DNA from: Mobula hypostoma
Lineage: Eukaryota
Assembly (NCBI RefSeq): GCF_963921235.1
Contig: NC_086097.1
Coordinates: 136,526,001 to 136,590,000, forward strand
Length of the DNA stretch: 64,000 bases
Direction of reading: 5' to 3'
The position numbers and the translations under genes are program-made. The notes beneath the pieces are model-generated. The model was not told the DNA's origin. It saw nothing but the letters and a program-made list of their open reading frames with translations, and searched no databases. Positions 51,733 through 64,000 of the stretch are shown one piece after another (the stretch's first letter is position 1; each line of letters opens with the position of its first letter).

Positions 51733-54700
51733 AAAGTTGCTTGACCCTTTCTAATACGATCAATAAGAAGAGTGTAGGTCCTGAAGGTTATGAATAAAAT
51801 GTAAGAATTTTGTCATATGCTGAGCAGACGGTTTTTAAATCTCATTCTGTCAGAAGCCCTTGGTGAGCATTGCAGACGAGCAGAATCCAAAACAGTTTTT
51901 GAACCAAGCTAATTTTTATGGGTCAATTTAAATGTCTTGTTTTGGAAAATGAATGGGATTCAAACCCAGATCAGGCACAGTCCAGAGGGTTTTTACTGAT
52001 GGCTGTTTGGAAGGGTGAGTGCCCTAGGGAGTTTACCCAGACAAAAGGCCAGCATTGCAACAATGTCATTATCCTATAGGGTGCTTGTCCACAGACTGGT
52101 TGGCAGCTACAGGGTCCCCTCTGGGTTCTCATTTCTGGTAATTGAAGACGATTTATTTTGGCTCCCAAAAAAAAATGCCAGAATTTCAAAGTAACTGAAC
52201 AGCTTGGAGCGCTAATATGATATTGCACAAGAGGGCATTTGTACCAATGCAGTGTTTTGCTTAGAAGACTGCTGTACTCACTGTTCACTATTCTGTAATG
52301 CTCCAAACGCACTGTAGCTCAGCAAGGCATGTTTATTTAAAAGAAAATCATGCTAACTTGGTGAAAAAAGTATTAAAGAGTGTTGTTTCCTTCTTTAGAC
52401 ATTGTTCTTTAGACGTCGGCCAATCTGATAATTGGTTTAAAGCTAGATGGTTATTTAAGCGTGACCATTGAAAGTCACTAGAAAGATCAGAAGGAGGAAA
52501 ACTACTCTTCTAAAAATGGTTGCTGTGGCTACAGATGGTGAATTATCTCCCTTCATCGAGCGATTTCCCGATTATAGACTTGCATATTTGGAGTATGATA
52601 AGACCTGGCCAAAAAAGGATATTCTTAAAGAGAAAATCTATCCCAAGGCATTTAATGGGAATGAAAGTAGCAGAAAAGAATGCATTCCTTGCGCTGCTCA
52701 AAGTGGCATATTTTTGTTGGATAAGGTGTTACAGGTTACAGAACAAAGCAATAGATAGAGTTAGACCTCAGCCATGATTGAATTGAATAAGGACGCAAAT
52801 GCATAAGAAATAGGAACAGGAGCGGCCTCCATTCAGGCAGAACCTTGGCAGAAAACCAACTTCCTGCCTGATCTCCAGCTCCCTCCTTTGCTCTTAATTG
52901 TAAAGTTAAAACATGGCCCGCCCCACCGAGGGTGATCTTGAGTCCAAACGCAAGGACTTGTCTCCATGCTAAACCCAACCAAACACTGTATCTCGAGGTT
53001 GCTGTTGATCTCCAATTGGGAACAGAGGGCAGATCGCCCTGACTTGAGTGTTTTGTCAGAACACACCTGAGCCAATCCAAGGTGTGGTCAGCTGTCGTTG
53101 AACTTGGTTAGCAAGGCCAGGTTCAAACACAAGCTTTCGGTGTCTAAAGTTTTCTTGACACCCCACCCCCCAGTTCCTGAACATCATGTTGAAGAATCCA
53201 CAGCTCCCTGAGTTGAAGAATAAAGTTGATCTATGTAGATAAGGAAATATTTAGGACTGCAATGAGAAGATGAGTTTCTCTGTATTCTGAAGTTCGACAT
53301 CCCTGTTATGACCTAGGGTGGCAGACTTCCTTGATGATGCTATTTAACCTTCCTGAAGCAATGCACTATGAAGATGGACTGAATGGAAGGAAATGGTGGA
53401 TTGGGCAGTGTGTATCACTCTGCAGGTTTTGTTGGTCCAGAGCAGAGCAATTGCCATACCAGGCTGAATTGCAATCTGTTGGGGTACTTTCTATAGCATT
53501 CCCTGTGAAGATTGAGAATCCTCAGGGACAAGCCAAATCTCAAGTACCTAAGAAGGTAAGTTCACTGGTGAGCTTCTTGATCACTTCGTGGAAGGACCAA
53601 AGGAGGTAGTTGGTGATATGGATGCCAAGGAATTTGTAGTTGTCAATTGTCTCTACAGCAGAAATCAACATGAGGGGTAATTGCCAGATTGCCCATAAGC
53701 TGAGACCCTCACATTTAAAGTTGTCATGTTCATTCAGTGCTTGGCTTTGGTGTACCATCACACTGGGTTTTCAGTGTGAGTTGAACATGACCTGAACTCT
53801 CCATTAAAGATTAGGCTCCTGTGCCTGACCTTGATGAATTGACACCAGACTGTGTGAAGAGATATTGGGTTGGTCAGGATGCAGTGGAGAGTGTTAAGGA
53901 AGAAGTCCAGAGCGTAGGGTCCTAATTCAAGAAGGACAAATAAAAGCATGAGAGTCCTTCACTTCTCTCCATGGCCTAGAAACACTAAAGGCAGCTGAAA
54001 GCACGTTTCAGCAATCCAGCCTCTGTTGGATCTAACCACAGTGAAAATCCCAATCAAGAGACAACACCCAAATAGCTCCTGGCAAAGATGCAGTGAGTTT
54101 GGTTTTGCCTTAACCTTTACTAAATACTTGAGGTCTGGAGTCGAGAGAGGGGAGGATCCATTTCCGATTGTCACCAACTTCGCCTCCGCTACAGCAGAGC
54201 CTTGCCTACAAAATGGGTGGGTACATTCACGTGCGAGTTTTCCCAACATTGTAACCAAATGCTCTTAGGCAATTAATAATAGGTAAGGCATGTACATTCA
54301 GGTTCTCAGCAGACCTGTTTTGCAGTGATTTGTGCTACCTGCTGACTCAACCCCTTTTCGGTGGAGGGTGAGATGTTTTCCCTGCTTTTGAATAGCTGAG
54401 ATCTCACCGATTTTAAACCTGTTCAAGCCAATCACTCCAAAGTTCTTGGTTCCTTCAGGGCACTGAGCATGTTTTCCTGACTCTCATTAGCTTTGGATAC
54501 CTACCTGCTGGAATTCTAGTTTGTTGTCATTTTTTTGAGAGTTGACTTCATTTCCTATTGGAACCTTTGAGCCATTTTGTGGCTGCCTGTGCCAGAATCC
54601 TCCTGAGGCAACGCCAGGACTGGCCATCCTCCACCCGGGGGGGGGGAAAGGGCAAATTTCTGGATTTCATTTTGCAATCCTGAGACATATCTTTGGGCTG

Positions 54701-56096
54701 CATGGTGAAGCACTCACCGAAGCGTTCAGTAATTACTAAGTTAATGAAGCAAAGACAGTAGTTGGCATGAACGCACAGGCAGCAATGTGATGAGAGCTGG
54801 ATGATCTGTGCCTGGTGCTCTGAGGAGACTGACCAGCTGAGGAGTGCAGGATGCCTATTGACTGACTTGCTGAGGAGTTGTTCTGGAGTTTAAGATCTGG
54901 TCCTGCGAGCAGCAACTTGCTGAGAAGCTGAGCCTGGACTTTGTGCTTCTCTCTTGGGAGGTGATTGCGATGTACACTGAACCTCAGCCAACATTATATC
55001 AGAGCTCCTGGAAGTATCAGTGATCGTGACTCGCTCTGAGATGTGGTGAGGTTATATGTACAAGTTCTAGTTTATTGTCATAGGCACACGTGCACAGGGA
55101 AATGATACAATGCCACATACAATGTTACAAAAGTTAGCTTTTGGTAGTAGCATAGTCCGTAAGTTAAAGAAAATAAATTCACATAAGTTGTATATAACTT
55201 GCATGTGCTCAAAATGAACAACATGCAGTAAACATAGTGACATAGTGCAAGATTGATAGAAAGGAAAAATAATAAAGTCCGAGGTAAGGATTTTTCAGGT
55301 TGATTAAAGAACCTTTAAACAGGTTGGGGAAGAAGCTGTTGCTGAAGTGTGGGTCTTCAGGCTCCTGTACTTCTCTGTGCTTGATGGCAGCATCAAGAAA
55401 AGCTTATGGCTTGGATGGCGGGAGCCCCTGATGCTGGGTGTCACCTTCTGAGACGTCATCACCTCCTGCAGGTACCTCAATGGTGGGAGGAGCTGGACCC
55501 GTGATGGAACTGGCTGAGTCCAGATCTAGTTGGTGGGACAGACTCTATCCAGTCTGCTCTTACTTGGTGTTCCAGATTGCAGCAGGACGTGAAACCTTGG
55601 CACCCTGAAGTGATGTATCTTCACATTTTGAACAATAGTTAATGATGTTTTGCACTCACTATCAGCATAAATGGATCCAACGTCCGCTGTGCCTTAACTA
55701 CATAACTGCAAGTTCCTCAGTGACCAATTATCGTCTTTCCAAAATAATGTAATGTATTGATCATCTTAATATCTGACTGGGCACAGCACTTATTTAGCTT
55801 GTTATTATGCCGGAGACAATCAGTGCTGTCAGAAAGGGCCAAGTTATCGATAGAACTTTAGCACTGCCATATTAGGTAAAAAACATTTACAGTGTTCAAA
55901 GGTAACTTTTCAAAACATTTATCTTAAGTTTTTCCTAAGGATCTTTGTGTTTCCTCAGCTTTGCCCTCCCACGTGTCCTTGCTAATCTTTGGACTGTGAT
56001 TAGAAACCATGTTGTAGCACTCTAACTCCCCGAGATTTGGACTTCTGTCCCCGAGCCTCCTGGCCTCTCTCCTCCTTTCGGTCACCTTTCAATAAA

Positions 56097-56545
56097 CTCC
56101 AAGTCAAGTCAAGTCACTTTTTATTGTCATTTCAACCATAACTGCTGGTACAGAACATAGTAAAAATGAGACAACATTTTCCAGGACCATGTTTTTTCCA
56201 GTACAAAAACTACACTGAACTTCGTAAGAAAAAACACAAAAACTACACTAGACTACAGACCTATCCAGGACTGCATAAAGTGCACAAAACAGTGCAGGCA
56301 CTACAATAAATAATAATAAATAATAAACAAAACAGTAGGCACGGTAGAGGGTATAGTAGGTTGTCAGTCCAGGCTCTGGGTATTGAGGAGTCTGATGGCT
56401 TGGGGGAAGGAACTGTTACATAGTCTGGTTGTGAGAGCCCGAATGCTTAGGTGCCTTTTTCCAGATGACAGTGGGGAGAAGCGTTTCTAGGAGGGGTGCA
56501 TGGGGTCCTTCATAGTGCAGTTTGCTTTGTGGCTGCAGCGTGTGG
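56097..56545 (-). mobile_element. Rex1/Babar-type LINE 3' end
   Basis: (caagt)n tail plus cttttattgtcatt (minus-strand AATAAA); the C-terminal coding remnant continues to about 56545. Confidence 0.7.
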
Positions 56546-56705
56546 TGTATATGTCTGTGATGGCATTTACTCCAACAAGACAGCCTAGTCAAATCCATTT
56601 GATATTTAGTGAGTTCAACAAGCTTGGGGTTACCACTGACCAGAAACTCAACTGGACCAGCCCTGTAAATGCAGCAGGCCAGGCAGCATCTCTAGGAAGA
56701 GGTGC

Positions 56706-56741
56706 AGTCGACGTTTCAGGCCGAGACCCTTCGTCAGGACT
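56706..56741 (-). ncRNA. Minimal type I hammerhead ribozyme in the 3' pLTR
   Basis: Exact reverse complement of 58055-58090, in the same sense as the element ORF. Confidence 0.8.
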
Positions 56742-58054
56742 AACTGAAGGAAGAGCGAGTAAGGGATTTGAAAGTTGGAGGGAGAGGGGGAGATCCAAAA
56801 TGATAGGAGAAGACAGGAGGGGGAGGGATGGAGCCAAGAGCTGGACAGGTGATTGGCAAAAGGGATACGAGAGGATCATGGGACAGGAGGTCTGGGAAGA
56901 AAGATGGGGGGGACCCAGAGGATGGGCAAGGGGTATATTCAGAGGGACAGAGGGAGAAAAGGAGAGTGAGAGAAAGAATGTGTGTATAAAAATAAGTAAC
57001 AGATGGGGTACGAGGGGGAGGTGGGGCATTAGCGGAAGTTAGAGAAGTCGATGTTCATGCCATCAGATTGGAGGCTACCCAGACGGAATATAAGGTGTTG
57101 TTCCTCCAACCTGAGTGTGGCTTCATCTTTACAGTAGAGGAGGCCGTGGATAGACATGTCAGAATGGGAATGGGATGTGGAATTAAAATGTGTGGCCACT
57201 GGGAGATCCTGCTTTCTCTGGCAGACAGAGCGTAGGTGTTCAGCAAAGCGGTCTCCCAGTCTGCGTCGGGTCTCGCCAATATATAAAAGGCCACATCGGG
57301 AGCACTGGACGCAGTATATCACCCCAGCCGACTCACAGGTGAAGTGTTGCCTCACCTGGAAGGACTGTTTGGGGCCCTGAATGGTGGTAAGGGAGGAAGT
57401 GTAAGGGCATGTGTAGCACTTGTTCCGCTTACAAGGATAAATGCCAGGAGGGAGATCAGTGGGGAGGGATGGGGGGGACAAATGGACAAGGGAGTTGCAT
57501 AGGGAGCGATCCCTGCGGAATGCGGGGGGGGGGAGGGAAAGATGTGCTTAGTGGTGGGATCCCGTTGGAGGTGGCGGAAGTTACAGAGAATAATATGTTG
57601 GACCCGGAGGCTGGTGGGGTGGTAGGTGACGACCAGGGGAACCCTATTCCTAGTGGGGTGGCAGGAAGATGGAGTGAGAGCAGATGTACATGAAATGGGG
57701 GAGATGCGTTTAAGAGCAGAGTTGATAGTGGAGGAAGGGAAGCCCCTTTCTTTAAAAAAGGAAGACATCTCCCTCGTCCTAGAATGAAAAGCCTCATCCT
57801 GAGAGCAGATGCGGCGGAGACGGAGGAATTGCGAGAAGGGGATGGCGTTTTTGCAAGAGACAGGGTGAGAAGAGGAATAGTCCAGATAGCTGTGAGAGTC
57901 AGTAGGCTTATAGTAGACATCAGTGGATAAGCTGTCTCTGGAGACAGAAACAGAAAGATCTAGAAAGGGGAGGGAGGTGTCAGAAATGGACCAGGTAAAC
58001 TTGAGGGCAGGGTGAAAGTTGGAGGCAAAGTTAATAAAGTCAACGAGCTCTGTT

Positions 58055-58090
58055 AGTCCTGACGAAGGGTCTCGGCCTGAAACGTCGACT
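58055..58090 (+). ncRNA. Minimal type I hammerhead ribozyme in the inverted pLTR
   Basis: AGTC (stem I) - CTGACGA (core) - AGG gtctcgg CCT (stem II) - GAA - ACGT (palindromic, loopless stem III) - C, cleavage site - GACT (stem I). All core nucleotides are present. Confidence 0.8.
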
Positions 58091-58384
58091 GCACCTCTTC
58101 CTAGAGATGCTGCCTGGCCTGCTGCGTTCACCAGCAACTTTTATGTGTGTTGCTTGAATTTCCAGCATCTGCAGAATTCCTGTCCTCAGCCCTGTAAATA
58201 CTGTGACTAACATAGAAGAGTATCCTGCTGTGAGTAATTCACCTTCTGAGACCCCAAGGCCTTTCCATCATCTTGAACACACATGTTAAAGTGTGATGGA
58301 CCACCTTCAATTCACTTGAATGAATGTAGCTCAAAACGCTCTTTTCAAGCTCAACACCTTTCAGGACAAAGCAGCCTGTCTCCA

Positions 58385-59680
58385 TTCCTCCTGTAATCCA
58401 TGACCAGCTCCTTTGTTTTTGCGACATTGAGGGAGAGGTTGTTTTCTTGACACCACTGTGTCAGAGCGATGACTTCTTCCCTGTAGGCCACCTCGTTCGA
58501 GGTTAGGCCAATCAATGTTGTGTTGTCGGCAAATTTAATTAGCAGATTAGAGCTGTGGGTGGCAACACAGTTATGGGTATACAAGGAGTAAAGGAGTGGA
58601 CTTGGGAGCCCCTCAGAGCTGCATACTATATTGAGAGAGGGGTGGAGGTGAGGGAGCCCACTCTTACAACCTGCCAGTGATCTGGCAGGAAGTCCAGGAT
58701 CCAGCTGCACAAGGTAGGGTCAAGGCCGAGGTCTCTGAGCTTTTTGTCAAGCCTGGATGGAACTATGGTGTTGAATGCTGAACTGTAGTCAATGAACAGC
58801 GTTCTCACATAAGCATCCTCCTTCTCCATATGTGTAAGGAGGGTTTGTAGAGCAGTGGCTATTGCGTCGTCTGTTGATTGGTTGTGTTGGTAGGCGAATT
58901 GTAAGGGGTCCAGTTTGGGTGGTAGCAAGCGACTGTCCACAGGTTGGAAACATCTGCGTACCTCAGCCTCAGAGATGACCAGGTTGCAGGTTGTAGTGGT
59001 GGCTTTCCTCGGAGGCTCAGAGTAAGTGCAAAAGCGATTGAGCTCAGCTGGGAGAGAGGCCGCGATGTTGGCGGCACCACAACTTTTGGCTTTGAAGTCT
59101 GCGATGGTATGCAACCCTTGTCACAAGTCATGTGTGCTACTCAGTGAATACTAACTCAATCTTGTCCCTGTATTGTTGTTTCGTAGCCCTGATAGCTTTG
59201 TGCAGATCGTAGCTGCTTTTCTTGAGCTCCAGCTGATTGCCGGCAGTGTAAGCTCTGTCGTGCAGTAAGTGCCGCTCACATGGAACTATTGATCCAGGGT
59301 TTCTGGTTTGGGAAGACTCTGACCATCTTCTGGGGGACAACATCATCAATGCACATCTGGATGACTCCACGTGACCCATCCATGAACTCGGAGACATCCT
59401 CATCACGGAACACATTGCAGTCGATGTCACTGAAGCAGTCCTGCAGCATGGGGGCCAATTGTTCGGACCAACAGTGGACTGCTTTAACAATGGCCGCCTC
59501 TTGTTTCAACTCCTGCTTGCACATCGACAAAAGCAGGATCGAAGCGTGATCTGATTTTCCAAAAGCTGGGCAAAGGAGAGCTTTGTAAGCGTTGCGGAAG
59601 GGAGTGTAACAGTGGTCAAGTATCTTACCTCCACGAGTGCTCGTGGGTGTATTAGTGAACGCTGTATGAACGTGATCAGG
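58385..59680 (-). mobile_element. Rex1/Babar-type LINE, endonuclease to RT with internal deletions
   Basis: Minus ORFs TRGGKILDHCY..FGKSDH, LDPLQFAY..STDDAI..YVRTLFIDYSSAFNTI and [20 protein letters not shown]. Confidence 0.9.
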
Positions 59681-59924
59681 CATTTGTGGTATAAATTTTA
59701 AAAAAACATGAGAATTGTGATTTCCTAGGCAAGACAGCATGTTGTCCTTTAGTTCTGAAGGCCTAGCGTTAAGCATGCTGGACAAGGGGAGCAACTATTT
59801 GGCATGCTCAGGCTCTCAGTCCAAAAGTCTGTCATCTCCAAGTTTTCTGAGTGACATACTTAATCACATGCCAGCAGAACTTCTAGTATTCACAACTCTG
59901 AACTTCTTAAGGAGTTCCACTGCA

Positions 59925-60680
59925 GCCAAAGTAAAATTTATTATCAGTACATACATGTCTCCAAATGCAACCCTGAGATTTTTTTCTGCGGGCATACTTA
60001 GCAAAATCTTTAGAACAATAACTGTAAACAGGATCTGTAAACTGTAAACATCGGGAACTGTAAACTGTGCATTTACAGATAGTAAATAACTAGCAATAAA
60101 TAAAATATGAGCATGAAATAACAATACAAGAATCCTTAAATGAGTGTAGCTATCCCTTTTTTGTTCTAGAGCCTGATTAAGGGTAGTAACTGTTCTTGAA
60201 CCTGGTGGTGCGCTTCCTGGGGCACCTGTACCTTCTCGCTGATGGCAGCAGGCAGTAAAGAGTCTGGCCTGGGTGGTGAGGATCTTTGGATGCTGCTTTA
60301 GGGCATTATTTCATATAGACATGCTCAATAGTTGGGAGGGTTTGACCCATGATGTGCTGGGCAGAATTCACTACATTTTGTAGGATTTCCATTCAAAAGC
60401 ATTGGTGTTCCCACACCAGGCCACAATGCAGAAGTCAGCATTCTTTCCACCACACATCTATAGAAGTTTGACAAGATTTTTGATGTGTTGAACCTCCGCA
60501 GACTCCTGAGGAAGTAGAGGCACTGTCGTGCTTTCTTCACAATTGTATTTATATGATGGGTCCAGGACAGGTTCTCTGAGATAGTGACACCCATGAACTT
60601 AAAGTCACTGACCCTCTCCACCTCTGATCCTCTGAGTACTGGCTCATGGACCTCTGGTTTCCTTCTCCTGAAGTCTACTT
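59925..60680 (-). mobile_element. Rex1/Babar-type LINE 3' part
   Basis: Minus ORF ERVSDFKFMGVTISENLSWTHHINTIVKKARQCLYFLRSLRRF. Confidence 0.85.
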
Positions 60681-62658
60681 GGCGATGCTACGATGTAGTA
60701 AAATTTGGTATTGTCCGCAGTGATTTCTCGCAGCACAACCTGGACTTGCGCCTGTTCAAACCACACGGAGGCATGCTGCTCTCAGAACTCCGGCAGCTTC
60801 AAAGCGACATGTTGCCTAACTCTGAATCACCCCAGAGCGTCAGGGTCACCAATGTGGGATTTTGTGAATAAAACGTGAGAGCTGTTTTGTGTGCTTAATA
60901 AAAGCCGCAGCCCTTTACTTCCATTACGTCAGACACCATCTCTTAAACTGAATACAACAACTCAATGGCAGTGTTTGTGAATTATGTAGGTCATTTTCTA
61001 TTATGAACAATGAGTCATCTGTCGCCCATTACATTACCTGACAGGCCTGTTTCTGTGTCTGCTGTGATGTTCCATGACTTGTCCATAGTGTCTGCTACAA
61101 GGTTTCTGGAGAATGATAGATGATGTTGAGAAGTAGTTTATCCATCTGTTCTTTCCTCGACTACCTTATAGATAAAGCGATGGCCCATCTCACCCATTCA
61201 CCTACCTACACTAATCCCATTTACCCAGATTAGATCCTGGGAAAGTCAGCTGAATTCTAGCAAATGGTACCCATTTAATCATTTGATCTCGGGAGGTGCT
61301 GCCAAAGGAGTTGGTGGGGTTGTATACAATTACTATGTTTAAGAGGCACAGGGTGGACGTAGAGGGATACAGTCCTAATATGGGCAAGTGGGATTAATGT
61401 GGATGGGCAGACATTGGCATGGACGTGGTCATTCAACCATACACATGAATACAGCCAAATGAAACAGGGTTCCTTTGGGGCCAGGGTGCAAAACACAGCA
61501 CTGACAGTCACAGTTGGCACATAGACCGGCGGTAGCAGAGAAACATCCAGTCACAGAAAAATAACAAAAGGCCATGTCACTCAGGGACTTGAGCTGTGGA
61601 TTTATGGTAGGTGGGATGTTGTCCTGGATCCACATTTCTGCAAGAACAAGCACACAGTGGTTCCTCATCGCGTGCTAGTACAGCTGCAGACAAACGCAGT
61701 CCAGCTGGTCTTCCACTGGGAGAGCCAGCCTGCAGGGGCCAGCACAGATTCTGCTCCCTCCCACACCGCCTCCGGCATCTTCTTCCTTGAGCAGCTGCAA
61801 CAGGCACGTCAAGGCAGGAGGGCCTGGTCCACGGAAAAACCGAGGCCACGCGACTCCCCGCCGCCTGACTTACCAATTGATCGGATTTCCAGCATTCTCC
61901 ATTACCAGTCCAACAGGGTCTCGCGATTACAAGAAAAACATCCAAGACAACACTTCCATTGTTTTCTGGACTGTACTCCGCCCCGAAAGCCGCCTTCCTT
62001 GGTGGCTATAGCAGCTGATGACACAGCGCGCATCAAGTCCAGGTCCACGGCTACCCAACGATTTGACAGTGGGGTAGGCCTTCAGTACTTGGTGATCTTG
62101 GTATTCAGTCGTGTCTTGTGATGGTAAGAAAGCTGTAAAGAATGAACAATTACACCATTGGTTGTATCTGGAGATGCCACTGTGACTGAGCACTCTCCCA
62201 TCTTACCATGGTGTGCTGTGTGGCTCTGTGATTCTTCATGTCTGGCACTGCTCACTAATTCCTATTGGTTCAACCAAGTTGGCGTGTCTTGTCTGTTTAC
62301 CACCCACGCTTCCTCTGAGTGTCTTCAGCCATTCTGTTCTTGGTTTGACTGTCTTTTCCTTCACTTGCAGATGCACAGTAAGTTGGTGGTGCAGACTCCC
62401 TACCTGGCCAGAACCTAGCCACCTCTCGCCTCTGATAGGAACGTCCACCAGAGGAGGGTTTAAGAGCGGAAGATGGCTTGCCCAAGAGGCCAAGGGAAGA
62501 CTTGTCCTCAATGCGTTGGAGTGTCTTGTGGGTTGTAGGGACGACTGGTATCAAGAGAAATGGGGGGAGGAACAAGACTGATTCATTGCTTAGGTTGTGG
62601 AGTGGTGGAACAGACTGGACTGGATGAAGGATCACGAGTCCCTCAATTTCAACAATTA

Positions 62659-63279
62659 GATTATGAAGACGCGTAGTCCTCTTTTATTGTCATTTAGTAA
62701 TGCATGCATTAAGAAATGATACAATATTTCCTCCGGTGTGATATCACAAAACACAGGACAGACCAAGACTGAAAAAACTGACAAAACCACATAATTATAA
62801 CATATAGTTACAACAGTACAACAATACCATAATTTGATGAAGAAGTCCATGAGCACAGTAAAAGTTCAAAGTCTCTCAAATGTCCCACATCTCACGCAGA
62901 CGGAGAGAAGGAAGAAAAACTCTCCCTGCCATACCCAACCACGGTCCGACTCTGAGTCATTCGAAAACTTCGAGCTCTGATCAGCTCGCCGACACCGGGT
63001 ACTGAGCGCCATCACTATCCAAACGATTCGACCTCCTTCTTGGTCGCCAACAGCAGGCAAAGCTGGGGATTTTGAGGCCTACCCTCCGAAAGATTCCCGA
63101 CCGCGCAGTATTGACAGCAGCAAATGAGCGTTTCAGAAATTTTTTCAGATGTTCCTCTGTGCTTTCACGTCCATCCTCATCAAATCAGAATTGTCCACGG
63201 CCCCTATTTAACAGATACGATATCATTTTTCATCGGAGGGCTGCGCACGCGTGGCGCACTGCTTCTCTTCTCCTCCCGC
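62659..63279 (-). mobile_element. Non-coding, non-autonomous retroelement with LINE-type 3' tail
   Basis: The minus strand starts ggcgggaggagaagagaagcag and ends aaatgacaataaaagaggactacgcgtcttcataatc. Flanked by caatta (62653-62658 / 63280-63285). CpG-rich, with no RT remnants seen. Confidence 0.55.
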
Positions 63280-64000
63280 CAATTAACTGAAACGCAGGCT
63301 TCGGTCTCCAAAAACATCAAGGCACCTGACAATGAAGGACCCATGGGAGAATGCCCTTCAGGAGAAATGCAGGCTGTTCTGTTGTATCAGTGTGAAGTTA
63401 TTGCTCAATGTTATAGTTGCTGCCATTACTGAGTGGTTGACTTCAAAGACCAGGATTAAAGGAGATTTTCTGCGGGCTGCCGTGGAAAATTAGTTCCAGA
63501 GAAGCCTTTTGATTTTTAGAGATAACTGCATTACTGCCATCTTTTGCAGATAGCAATCGTTGGATCTGGCTCAACAGTGAGGAGTGTGTGGCCTGGGTTC
63601 TCTTTCAGTGTTACGTCAAGTACATTTACTGCAGGTGCCAACATTCCACATATCTGCAAACTTCCAGAAAATTTCTGGCTTTGAAACGATATGAATTGGA
63701 GGGCGGAATGGTTCAGCAGTCCTAAAGAATTCTACCATAACCATTATTCCCTTTAACTTTATATTATTAGACGTTCACAAGGACAGGTGCTCCTTTAGAT
63801 CTAAGGACTGGCTCACATTCACCAAATGTACAGGCCAGCCTAGACACCTGCAAAGATGAGCCATCTTCTATAAAGCTCTGTAAACTGTTGGCGGTACAGC
63901 AGAAGAAGAGATAAAAGGGTGGCGGGGGGGGGGGAGAATCTAACTTAATGAAAGTCAAAGTCACAGGTACAATGAAATTCTTACCAGTAGAAGCATCACA

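Larger units (their letters stand above)
56671..58186 (-). mobile_element. Penelope-like retroelement (Neptune-type), 5'-truncated, with inverted pLTRs
   Basis: RT C-terminus FINFASNFHPALKFT..LPFLDL..DVYYKPTD..SSSHP..IPFSQFLRLRRICS. Cys linker CKRNKCYTC. GIY-YIG endonuclease VIYCVQCSRCGLLYIGETRRRLGDRFAEH. One frameshift at the G run near 57525-57535. Identical 74-bp inverted repeats 56671-56744 / 58052-58125. 13-bp TSD cagccctgtaaat (56658-56670 / 58187-58199). Confidence 0.95.

Noticed and set aside
52468..52777. Two overlapping ORFs in unique DNA after acceptor-like tttag sites, as a possible syntrophin exon
   Set aside because: No recognisable similarity to syntrophin. Both nearby acceptors (52398, 52412) hit stop codons in the required phase.
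63609..63640. gtcaagtacatt (VKYI) near an acceptor-like tttcag, as exon 3
   Set aside because: The AG is not adjacent in the right position, and the following residues (YCR..) do not resemble syntrophin.
1..64000. CRISPR array, operons or prokaryotic defence systems
   Set aside because: No regularly spaced repeat-spacer array or dense bacterial-type coding. The window is spliced-gene vertebrate DNA.

Overview
This is eukaryotic, repeat-dense vertebrate DNA, not prokaryotic. The mix of CR1, Rex1/Babar, Penelope-like elements and V-SINE/HE1-like SINEs suggests a cartilaginous fish, probably a ray (inference). The only host gene I can support is the 5' part of a beta-1-like syntrophin on the + strand. 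It has a GC/CpG-rich promoter region near 10.7-11.4 kb, a coding exon at 11093-11365 (N-terminal half of the split PH1 domain and start of the PDZ) and a coding exon at 16663-16882 (PDZ). The following intron appears to run beyond the window (>47 kb), since I found no VKYM exon. The rest is transposon debris: a decayed Ty1/copia (GalEa-like) gag-protease-integrase, a Gypsy-type LTR with PPT, many CR1 and Rex1/Babar LINE fragments (one near-full-length CR1), two SINE families, Tc1, hAT (Buster/Charlie) and Harbinger-like non-autonomous elements. The most notable items are three. (i) A young Penelope-like element (56671-58186) has a 13-bp TSD and perfect 74-bp inverted pseudo-LTRs, each carrying an intact minimal, dimer-type hammerhead ribozyme; one copy is in the sense of the syntrophin pre-mRNA. 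(ii) The syntrophin has an intron at a position I do not recall in mammalian SNTB1, SNTB2 or SNTA1, which raises the possibility of a distinct paralogue. (iii) There are several fold-back palindromes. Repeat boundaries without a stated TSD or TIR are approximate, and family assignments come from motif recognition, not database searches.
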